From contig OZ024747.1 of assembly GCA_964016885.1 (NCBI GenBank), forward strand, positions 47,616,001-47,680,000: 64,000 nt of DNA, in the 5' to 3' direction. The notes under the pieces were generated by a model. That model made no database searches, was not told the DNA's origin, and saw nothing but the letters and a program-made list of their open reading frames with translations. A program made the translations under genes and the position numbers. Positions 37,601 through 49,100 of the stretch are shown piece by piece; positions within the stretch are counted from its first letter, which is position 1; each line of letters opens with the position of its first letter. This DNA is from Eledone cirrhosa. Taxonomy: Eukaryota.

Positions 37601-37643
37601 GTGGAAGATGGACGTTAAACGAAGATGATGATGATGATGATGA
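34610..37643 (+). mobile_element. RTE LINE family A, truncated within APE, disrupted
   Basis: AGDLNGHVG, QIDYIL, RT motifs, PHD finger, 3' UTR and (GAT)n tail. Confidence 0.93.
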
Positions 37644-37647
37644 TATA

Positions 37648-38133
37648 TATAAAAAGTAAGTCCATAGAATCATTAGATAAAATATATACAGTATTTCTTC
37701 TCCTAATCAGCATAAATCAACCACACAAAAAATCATTTAAACGAGGCTATAAGTTTAAAATATACTTATGAAGAAACAATAGATAAATGATATAGCTTCT
37801 TATCTGCGGCTCATAGCTACAAAGATGAGATATTTTGATGATTTTGGTAAGGTTTATGTACATTTTTTCTTCTAACTTTGATTTTGTACATAATTATGTA
37901 TGGTTAACTATATGTCTAGTCAATTTCTACAGGCTATTAGAAATACTAGGTAAATTCTTTGTAGCTATGAGTCGCAGATAAGAAGCTATATCATTTATCT
38001 ATTGTTTCTTCATAAGTATATTTTAAACTTATAGCCTCGTTTAAATGATTTTTTGTGTGGTTAATTTATGCTGATTGGAAGAAGAAATACTGTATATATT
38101 TTATCTAATGATTCTATGGACTTACTTTTTATA
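37648..38133. repeat. Near-perfect inverted repeat, ~178-bp arms with ~130-bp spacer (MITE-like)
   Basis: 37648-37825 is the reverse complement of 37956-38133 with only a few mismatches. Confidence 0.9.
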
Positions 38134-38271
38134 AATTGCTCTGATTATTAATTATTTAATTAATTCTTCATTGAGCTACACCATGAATGGTTGCCAAAAA
38201 CATATATATATATATCACCTTGTCTATAGCCTTTAAATTATATACATATAATATCTATCACCTTGTCTATA

Positions 38272-38317
<46 letters not shown>

Positions 38318-38356
38318 TCACATCATCATCATCATCATCATCATCATCATTTAACA

Positions 38357-38408
<52 letters not shown>

Positions 38409-39090
38409 ATATATATATTGATGGCCTATATGTTGATGGCCTAGTCCATTTTTTCTTTTCTTCCCATAACTCCTAGGAGAGTTGTAGGGGCACTGTATTG
38501 ACATACAGCATTTACAGGGCATTTTAGGGCAGAGCCATCTCCTCTCCAGGTCTGAATACAGCAGATTTCTTTCAGAGAAGGATAAAGAGTGAAAAAATAT
38601 AAGTAAGAAAGAGATATAGAGGAAGAATTGACCCCAGTTCTTGACTGATATTTTTTAATCGAGCTCAAATGGATGAACTCGGTCGGATTTGAACTCAGAG
38701 AGCAGATAGCTGAAACAAATACTGCAAAGCATTTTATCTGATGTTCTAACAACTTTGCCAATTTGCTGCCTAAGATGGCCTAATACTTATAGTCAAATTT
38801 ATAGAAGATTTAAAGAAATTCCAGACGTCAGAATAAAGTGTATGAAGTAGATATCATCTGGTGTCAAGGGTCACACCAAAAATTAAGCCCAACTATACAA
38901 TATGGCCATTCAATAAAATCTGAAACCATATGTTAAATGGCGATATTATGTATTGAACTTGGTACCAGTAATGCACTGGGTAATTGCTGGCCTTGTGCCT
39001 AAAGTAGAAACAATTATGTATTGAACTTGGTATAACAGGTTACTTAAGTGTTATTACAAGTAATATAATCTTTATTTTTATGTATTTCAG

Positions 39091-39214
39091 GATCCATTAT
39101 ATAGAACTGATAACTATTTCGAATTTCTTGATGATATTTTGATGTCTACATTTGATGTTTCTTCATGTTACAGAGAAATCAACAAAATAACTGATTTACA
39201 AATCACATTTAAAG
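39091..39214 (+). CDS. Host exon 13 (DPLYRTDNYFEF...TFDVSSCY...LQITFK)
   Basis: tttcag|GAT...AAAG|gtaaa; 124 nt like exon 3; phase 0-1. Confidence 0.88.
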
Positions 39215-40489
39215 GTAAAGCATTAATATTTAAAATAAGTAAACAAAGAAGAAAATTCCTTTTAATGATTTTTATTGAAGTTCTGATCATAGACGTTAAA
39301 AGTTAAAGTTAAAGTCTGTCTTGAGCCCTAAAACTCATCAGGCTGGTACTTATCCTGGATTCCATGGCGTGAAGCAATTGAGAGTACAAGACTTCCCCTG
39401 GACAAGACACCAGTCCATCACAGGCTTTCATAATGTCATAGGCTTATAATTGAATGTTTAAGCTTATTGAAACAACAGTTATCAACAACATTGGTGTAGA
39501 TATCAAAAAGTAGATTTCTCAACTGAATTAGATTAAATGAATGTGGTCACTCAAACAAACCTGGTAATTATTAACAATATAACTACTGCATATATTGTTC
39601 CAAAGCATCCTTGAAAAGGGTAAGTTCCTTAAGATGCCGAAAGAGGACATGCATGGAATACAGATGAGATGTCAAAAATTACCAACCTATGAAGAAACAT
39701 ATTATTAGTGAGAAACTGAGAATGCTCTGAGGTGCAGTGTAGAATTCAGAGGTAGAGCTGCAACAAACTCAAAACAAGTGGATATCCTGCTAACATTACA
39801 AAGAAAGGCAAAAAATTGTAACAAAAGAAATTCGCAACATTAAAGAAAAACAGTGTGCAACCAGGTCTGTAGAATTAAGGAATCAATGTGCTTGGATAGC
39901 ATGGAAGATAGTAGAACAAAGGAAGCTGTCATGAAACAGATTATGGAAAATGGAGCTGATCAAACTGCAATTTCTCCTGACAATGGTGTATAATATACTC
40001 CTATCTCTAGCCAAGGGAAGGCATATGGCTTAGGCGTTAGAGAATTGGATTCACAATTGTGAGGTCATGAGTTCTATTTCTGGACTGGGTGATGCATTAT
40101 GTCCTTCAGCAAGACACCTTATTACACGTTCTTTCTGCCAGGTGTTGCAACAGGTAGATAATATCAACAATGGAAAGACCAATGGAAACATTGTTTCCTT
40201 GGTCTGATTTGACTAGTTCTACCCTACTCAGTAAGTGAGGTCTGGATTTTGTCAATCATATTAAAAATATCCCTTGCTAATATTAGACAGTGAGGATGGA
40301 ATGACACTGCTGAATGTCATAGATGTAGAAGTTATATATCATTGGAATATGTTCTGGAATCCTTTCTTGGCTGAGTACACTTGGCAGTATAACCACTTAC
40401 TGAACTAGAAGTGTAAACAATGTGAACAATGATTGACTTAAGAAGCATCTGAAAAATTTGAACTGTGTACATATCAACACTAATAACTA

Positions 40490-41103
40490 TAATATTGGTT
40501 TCTGATTTAGGCATAAGGCCAGAAATTTTGGAAGAGGGGAGAGTTGATTAAATTTACCCCAGTATGTGACTGGTACTTTATTTTATTGACACCGTAAGGA
40601 TGAAAGGCAAAGCTAACCTCAGTGGGATTTGAATTCAGAACGTAAAGAGTCATAACTCTATGCCGCAAGCAGGGTGTTCGATGCTCTTCCAATACTGCCA
40701 AATAACTATAATAAATGTTTCTACTTTAGGCACAAGGTTAGCAATTACCCCAGTGCATTACTGGTACTTTATTTTAGTGACCCCGTAAGGATGAAAGGTA
40801 AAGTTAACCTCGGCGGCATTTGAACTCAGAACGTAAAGGGTCATAACTCTATGCTGCAAAGCATGGTGTCTGATGCTCTATCAATACTGCCAATCCACCA
40901 CCCTATAACTATAATAATTGTTTCTACTTTAGGCATAAGGCCAGCAATTACCCAGTGTATTACTGGTACTTTATTTTATCGACCCCGTAAGGATGAAAGG
41001 CAAAGTCAACCTCGGCGAGATTTGAACTCAGATCGTAAAGGGACGTAACTATGCTGGAAAGCATGACGTCCGACCCTCTACCGATACTGCCAATCCACCA
41101 CCC
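40490..41103 (-). mobile_element. Three head-to-tail SINE copies (Meta-like core)
   Basis: Units at ~40490-40700, 40716-40903 and 40918-41103, joined by a shared TAACTATAATAA-type spacer. Confidence 0.85.
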
Positions 41104-41163
41104 TATAACTATAATAATAATAGTTGGTCATTAAAAATAATGTTGTTTAATTATTTTTTACAG

Positions 41164-41328
41164 GATCATACAAACAGCAAGCAGAAAACTTTATCTTTGC
41201 AACAGTAAAGAAAATAATGGAATTTACACATTTGCCTGAAATGAATTTTCAAAATCCTGAGATTTCCTTTAATGAAGAAAAAACATATTTCAGAGTCTCT
41301 TTAATTGATCCAAAGCCACTAGCTATTG
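41164..41328 (+). CDS. Host exon 14 (GSYKQQAENF...FRVSLIDPKPLAI)
   Basis: ttacag|GA...ATTG|gtaaa; 165 nt; phase 1-1. Confidence 0.85.
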
Positions 41329-41469
41329 GTAAATATAATCAACTAATCACTTTTATTTCTATAACATCTAGTTTGTTAATTACAATAATTTGCTATTAAT
41401 ATTTTTTAAAGCACTATTAAACACAATTATTACTTCTCTATACAAATACTTACAATGAAGTTCCATCCC

Positions 41470-44400
41470 AGTCAACCAGTCATGAGTCAATATGAATAAT
41501 ACTTAAATGTATGAATGTAGGCACTTTAAAAGGTCGCTCTAATGAGGTTGTAGAGATGCTTGAACATAAGGAAGTTGATGTGTGTTGTGTTCAAGAGACC
41601 AGGTGGAGGGGTGGGTATGCTAGATTCATTGTGGGTAAAAAATGATGCTATAAACTTTTCTGGGTGGGGAATGACAATGGGCTGGGTCGAGTAGGAATTA
41701 TGTTAGCAGAAAAATGGGTAGATAAGGTAATAGACGTAAATAGAATGAACGACAGAATAATTAAAATAAGACTTGTCCTAAATAGAACTACTGTGACAAT
41801 AATATCCGCTTATGCACCCCAATCTGGACTGCCTGGCATTATAAAAGACAGATTCTATGAGTCGCTAATGCTCACTACCTCCCAAATAACTGACAGTGAC
41901 TACATACATAATTATTACTGCCAACCTTAATGGTCATGTTGGACAACATTGTGACGGTTATGACGGAATCCATGGAGGCTATGGGTTTGGTACTAGAAAT
42001 CAGGAAGGCTTCAGAATCCTGGAATTCTGTGACGCTAATAACCTAACTATCTGTAACACAAACTTCAAAAAACAAGACAATCACTTGATCACCTATAGAT
42101 CAGGGGAACACGCCAGTCAGATAGATTATATCCTTACCAGAAGACATGACAGAGTGTCTGTTGTAAACACTAAATCCCTCCCGTGAAGAATGCACCTCCC
42201 AACATAGCCTCATAGTTAGCGACCTCATAGTCAGGATGAGACGTACTCGACAACAGAGGAGGACTACCCTAAGGAGAAGAATATGGAAGTTAAAGGACCC
42301 CACAGCCAGTAACAAATTTAAAAGCATATTACTTGATGCTTTTGACAGTAAGGAAAAGCAATTAGAGATGTACAATATAGAGGAACAGTGGGAATTCCTG
42401 AAAGTTAACCTGCTGAAGGTGACAGATGAAATCTGTGGCTGGAGCAGACCTATAGGCAAGAGGAGAGTAACGTGGTGGTGGAACAGTAAGGGGGAGGAGT
42501 CAATCAAGGCCAAAAATCAGGCATGGAAAGTATGGCAGGATGGGGGAAGTAGAGAAAACTATCAAGTGGCCAGGAGGGAAGCTAGGAGACAAGTGTACTT
42601 TGCAAGAAGGGAAGCAGAGGATAGAAAGTTCAAGCATGTTCTACAACGCGAGGACCAAAAACGTGAGGTGTTCAGGATTGCTAGGCAATGTGTCAAGGAA
42701 AACCATGATATTGTCGGAGAGAAGTGTGTCCGTAATGATGACGGTGTACTTGCCATCACTGATGCCGATAAGAGGGTAGCTTGGAAGTGTCACTACGAGA
42801 GGCTACTAAATGAGGAGAATAAATGGGAAAAAGATAGTCTGCCCCAAATCGATCCAATAAAGGGACAAGCAGTGCTAGTTGAAGGTAGTATAATAAGTAA
42901 GGCAATCAAAGATATGAAGACGGGCAAGGCAGCTGGGCCTTCGGAGATAGTTGCTGAAATGGTGAAAGCATCTGGAATGGTGGGACACACTATGGTCACC
43001 CGGATAGTAAACCAAGTCATACAGAACGGGGTCATACCAAATGACTGGCGTAGCAGCATCACCATTAACTGCTACAAGGGTAAAGGAGATGCCCTAGATA
43101 GGGGAAACTATAGAGGCATTAAATTAATTGACCAGGTCATGAAGGTCACAGAAAAAGTTATGGCGCAACTAATCAGAGAGCGAATTGATCTAGATGAAAT
43201 AGTTTGGGTTTGTGTCAGGTAAAAGTACCACAGATGCCCTTTTCCTTGTATGACAACTACAGGAGAAGTACCTAGCTAAAAGTAAACCCCTCTACTTAGC
43301 TTTTGTGACTTGGAGAAAGCCTTTGACAGAGTCCCCCGTGCCATTATCTGGTGGGCTCTTAGAAAACTAGGGATTGATGAATGTGAGAGCTATACAAGCT
43401 ATGTATAAAGAAACAGTCAGCAAGGTTAGAATTAACAACGAATATAGTGAAGAATTTAGCGTAAAAGTTGGTGTTCACCAAAAGGCCTTAAAGTTAACTT
43501 GTCTAAGACTAAAGTTCTAGTATGTAGGAAGGAAAATAGGGCACAGGTCCCCTCTGGGAAATGGCCATGCTCAGTGTGTAGGAAAGGAGTAGGCAGAAAT
43601 TCCATTTTATGTCCCAAATGCAAAGTATGGGTGCATAAAAGATGTAGTGGGGTCACAGATAAGCTATCTAAGAACGTAGATTTTATATGTGGCCGGTGCT
43701 CAGATGCAATAAGTAGCAAGTGCCCACAGGACACTAGCTCCTTCTATTGCCCAGATGGTTCTATAGAAATAGTAGACACCTTCCGTTACCTGGGTGACAA
43801 AATCAGCAGTGGTGGAGGGTGCTCTGAAAGTACAGTAGCCAGAGTCAGAACGGGATGGAAAAAGTTCAGAGAGCTTAAACCACTATTGGCCGCTAAAGGT
43901 TTCTCTCTAAAAATGAAAGGTAGGCTGTATCATGCCTGCATACGAACAGCAATGTTACATGGCAGTGAGACATGGGCAGTGCGTGCAGAGGATCTGTGCA
44001 GATTGGAGAGGAACGAAGCATGCATGCTCCATTGGATGTGTAATAGTTATATACGTGAACGGCAAAGCATAAATGAACTAAGTGAGAAATTAGGAATAAG
44101 AGGATCAGATGCTGTTTATTCGAGAGAAGACTACGTTGGTATGGTCACGTGATGCGCATGAAAGACAACAGCTGTATAAAAATTGATGAAAGTTATGGAG
44201 TAGGCAGACCCGAAAAACCTGGGACGATTTGATAAATTCCGACCTTACACACACTTCTCTAAGACAATGTCACTGAACCGAGATCTTTGGCGCTACGCAG
44301 TAATACAGAAGATCTGCCTTGCCTAAGTACAAAGCGAAACCTACAGTCTGTAGGCACCTCTTAATCAAATATACACCCCCATCCCACTACCTCAACTCCC

Positions 44401-44725
44401 CCACTACACCCCCATCAACACCACCCCTTTCTCTGTAAAGTTATGTTGGTACTACAACATCCAGTCCTAAATAAATGAGGTCGTATAGGTGTCACGACAA
44501 AAAAAAACACACAGTCTACGCTGTAATGTGGCCGTGTAGGTAACACGGTAAAAACCTCCCAGTCCTCACTGTAAACGTGGTTGGTGTTAGGAAGGGCATT
44601 CAGCCGTAGAAAACCTGCCAGACAGTCCCATAAGAGCGAGACGACCAACCTTGCCTCAAGTGGGATAATTCCCGTTTAAATCCATGCTAGCGTGGAAGAT
44701 AGACGTTAAACGATGATGATGATGG

Positions 44726-44772
<47 letters not shown>
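41470..44772 (+). mobile_element. RTE LINE family A, near full length, disrupted
   Basis: APE start CMNVGTLKGR, VQETRW, SAYAPQ. The RT has an internal deletion removing YADD (GVHQ|KGLKVN at ~43480). PHD finger and (GAT)n tail present. Confidence 0.93.
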
Positions 44773-44773
<1 letters not shown>

Positions 44774-45628
44774 CCAAGGGGTGAGGGAATATTTTATATG
44801 AATTACTCATATGTACTACACTATATAACTAATACATTTTATTTTATCTAACTCTATTATTTAATCCTAACTTAATTATCCTCTTGCAGTTAACCAAAAA
44901 CCATCTCAAGAAAAAGATTTTTGCCATACCTGGCTTGAGTATCTCCTAGATAGATCACCTACATATGAGCACTATCTGTTACTAATTCTTTGAATAGAAG
45001 CTTTTTGTTAGATTGTACTATTTCTATATGCTCTGATTGCAGATACAACATGGCTGAATGGATGGTTAAGAAGTTTACTTTGCAATCATTAGGTTCCAGT
45101 TTGAGCTCACTGTGTGACATCTTGAGCAAGGGTCATTTACCATAGCTTTGGTCAACCCAAGCCTTGTGACTGAAATTGGATAGACGGAAAGTGTTTTGAT
45201 GCCTGTCAAATAGATTGTACCTGTAATTCAAAGGGCCAGCCTTGTCCCACACTGTATCATGCAGAATCTCCCTGAGAATTACGTTATGAGTACATGTGCC
45301 AGTAGAATGCTCAGCAGCGACTTACATGTTAATTTCATGAGTAGGCTGTTCCCTTGATTGAACAATTAGAACACTAATCATCGAACCATATGGAAATCCA
45401 GTCCATTTCATATATATACTGACAGGTTAGTCTCTTCTGGAACACTTTCTGGTGAACCTTATGGACGTCCATTCCATTTCATATATATTCCGACAGGTCT
45501 CTACTGGAACACTAACTGTGTGTGTTGAACTCAATGAAACTTCATTCCATTTCATATATGGTTTTACAAGGCTTAACAAAACTTTAATCTAAAAAATGTG
45601 TAATGATCATGTTTATGTATTTTTGCAG

Positions 45629-45835
45629 GATTATTCAGTATTTCTACAGGCTTTTCTGCTACATCAAAAATGAGTGAAACAAAATTAAATATAGAGAGTC
45701 CAAATGATTGTGCAACGTTATGCCTTAAAAAAAACTATAAAGCATTTACATATAGTGAAAAGAGAAAAGCATGTCAGTTATTCCCTGAATTTCCTGCAGA
45801 GTACACATCTAACGAGAATAGTAATTTATATAAAA
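45629..45835 (+). CDS. Host exon 15, degenerate PAN domain (3 Cys)
   Basis: ttgcag|GA...AAAA|gtaag; DCATLC..AFTYSEKRKACQL; 207 nt; phase 1-1. Confidence 0.83.
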
Positions 45836-46124
45836 GTAAGTGAAATATTTCATTTTTGTATTTATTTTGCAAGATTTCTTATCTAAAAACATGAGTTGAA
45901 ACAGATATTGTTATAGTTTGGAAGGGTCAAGCTGCCAATAAAAACACACACACCTGTTGATTTTCACTTCAATTTATTATAAATTTCCAGTTGGATGGTT
46001 TGATAACTGGGCGGTTTTTATTTATTTATTGTCAAAACTCTTTTGTCACACATTCTGTGACCTCCTCAATGACTAATTTGTTATGTTGTGTCCCTCTTTT
46101 GTTCCGTCCTACATCATCTTGTTT

Positions 46125-49100
46125 CTAGAGAACCAGAGCTAGAGAGCCAGAGAGCTAGAACTAGAGAGCTAGAGAGCCAGAGCCACAGGCAGAGAGCTAG
46201 AGAGCCAAAGAGCTAGAACTAGATAGCCAGAGCTAGAGAGCCAGAACTAGAAAGCTAGAGCAGGAGCTAGAGAGAGCTAGAGTATGAGCTAGAGAATGAG
46301 TTAGAGCCAGAGAGCTAGTGAGACAGAACCAGAGCCTGGGCTAGGGAGATAGCACTAGAGAGCTAGCAATAGAGAGCTAACACTAGAGAGCTAGCACAAG
46401 GGAGCTGCAGCTAGAGAGCTGGAGCTAGAGAGATAGCACTAGAGAGCTAGCACTAGAGAGCTGGAGCTAGAGAGATAACACTAGAGATCTAGCACTAGAG
46501 AGATAGCACTAGAGAGCTGGAGCTAGAGATCTGGAGCTAGAGAGCTAGCACTAGATAGATGGCACTAGAGAGATAGCACTAAAGTGATAGCACTAGAGAG
46601 CTAGCACTATAGAACTAGCACTAGAGAGCTGGAGCTAGAGAGCTAGCATTAGAGAGCTGGAACTAGTGAGACAGAACCAGAGCCTGGGCTAGAGAGCTAG
46701 CCTAGAGAGCTAGCACTAGAGAGATAGCACAAGAGATCTAGCACTAGCGAGCTAGAACTAGAGAGCTGGAGCTACATAGATAGCACTAGAGAGCTAGCAC
46801 TAGACAGATAGCACTAGAGAGATAGCACTAGAGAGCTAACACTAGAGAGATAGCACTAGAGAGATAGCACTAGAGATCTAGCACTAGAGAGATAGCACTA
46901 GAGAGATAGCACTAGAGAGGTAGCACTAGAGAGCTGGAGCTAGAGATATAGCACTAGAGAGCTGGATCTAGAGAGCTAAAGCTAGAGAGATAGCACTAGA
47001 GAGCTAGCACTAGAGAGATAGCACTAGAGAGATAGCACTAGAGAGCTAGCACTAGAGAGCTGGAGCTAGAGAGATAGCACTAGAGAGATAGCACTATAGA
47101 GCTAGCACTAGAGATAGCACTAGAGAGCTAGCACTAGAGAGCTGGAGCTACAGAGCTGGAGCTAGAGAGCTGGAGCTACAGAGCTGGAGCTAGAGAGATA
47201 GCACTAGAGAGATAGCACAAGAGTGCTAGCATTAGAGAACGGAGCTAGAGAGCTCGAGCTAGAGAGATAGCACTAGAGAGCTAACACTAGAGAGATAGCA
47301 CCAGAGGGCTAACACTAGAGAGATATCACTAGAGAGCTGGAGCTATAGATCTGGAGCTAGAGAGCTAGCACTACATAGATGGAACTAGTGAGACAGAACC
47401 AGGGCCTGGGCTAGAGAGCTAGTACTAGAGAGCTAGCACTAGAGAGATAGCACTAGAGAGAGGAGCTAGAGAGATAGCACTAGAGATCAAGCACTAGAGA
47501 GCTAGCACTAGAGAGCTGGAGCTAGAGAGATAGCACTAGAGAGCTAGCACTAGAGAATTAGCACTAGAGAGATAGCACTAGAGAGTTAACACTAGAGAGA
47601 TAGCACTGGAGAGATAGCACTAGAGATCTAGCACTAGAGAGATAGCACTAGAGAGATAGCACTAGAGAGATAGCACTAGAGAGCTGGAGCTAGAGATAGC
47701 ACTAGAGAGCTGGAGCTAGAGATCTGGAGCTAGAGAGCTAGCACTAGAGAGTTAGCACTAGAGAGCTGGAGCTAGAGAGATAGCACTAGAGAGCTGGAGC
47801 TAGTGAGACAGAACCACAGCCTGGGCTAGGGAGCTAGCACTAGAGAGTTAGCACTAGAGAGATAGCACTAGAGAGCTGGAGCTAGAGATCTGGAGCTAGA
47901 GAGTTAGCACTATATAGATGGCACGAGAGAGATAGCACTAAAGTGATAGCACTTAAGAGCTAGCATTAGAGAGATAGCACTATAGAACTAGCACTAGAGA
48001 GCTAGCATTAGAGAGCTGGAACTAGTGAGACAGAACCAGAGCCTGGGCTAGGGAGCTAGCACTAGAGAGTGGAGCTAGAGAGATAGCACTAGAGATCTTG
48101 CACAAGAGAGATAGCACTAGAGAGATAGCACTAGAGAGCTAGCACTAGAGAGCTGGAGCTAGTGAGACAGAACCAGAGCCTGGCCTAGGGAGCTAGCACT
48201 AGAGAGCTAGCACTAGAGAGATAGCACTAGAGGGCTAGCACTAGAGAGATAGCAATAGAGAGATAGCACTAGAGAGATAGCACTAGAGAGATAGCACTAG
48301 AGAGCTGGAGCTAGAGAGCTGAAGCTAGAGAGCTGAAGCTAGAGAGATAGCACAAGAGAGCTAGCACTAGAGAGATAGCACTAGAGAGATAGCAGTAGAG
48401 AGCTAGCACTAGAGAGCTGGAGCTAGAGAGATAGCACTAGAGAGCTAGCACTAGAAAGATAGCACTAGAGAGATAGCACTAGAGAGATAGCACTAGAGAG
48501 CTAACACTAGAGAGCTGGAGTTAGAGAGCTGAAGCTAGAGAGATAGCACTAAAGAGCTAGCACTAGAGAGATAGCACTAGAGAGATAGCACTAGAGAGAT
48601 AGCACTAGAGAGATAGCACTAGAGAGCTAGCACTAGAGAGCTGGAGCTAGAGAGATAGCACTAGAGAGATAGCACTAGAGAGCTAACACTAGACAGCTGG
48701 AGCGAGAGATCTGAAGCTAGAGAGATAGCACTAGAGAGATAGCACTAGAGAGATAGCACTAGAGAGCTAGCACTAGAGAGTTGGAGCTAGAGAGATAGCA
48801 CTAGAGAGCTAGCACTAGAGAGATAGCACTATAGAGCTAGCACTAGAGATAGCACTAGAGAGCTAGCACTAGAGAGCTGGAGCTAAAGAGCTGGAGCTAC
48901 AGAGCTGGAGCTAGAGAGATAGCACTAGAGAGATAGCACAAGAGTGCAAGCATTAGAGAACTGGAGCTAGAGAGCTGGGGCTAGAGAGATAGCACTAGAG
49001 AGCTAACACTAGAGAGATAGCACCAGAGGGCTAGCACTAGAGAGCTAGCACTAGAGAGCTTGAGCTAGAGAGATAGCACTAGAGATCTAGCACTAGAGAG

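Noticed and set aside
39530-39990. Possible R2/Hero-like LINE remnant (QCAWIAWKIVEQRKLS)
   Set aside because: A single short degenerate motif; cannot be supported without a profile search.
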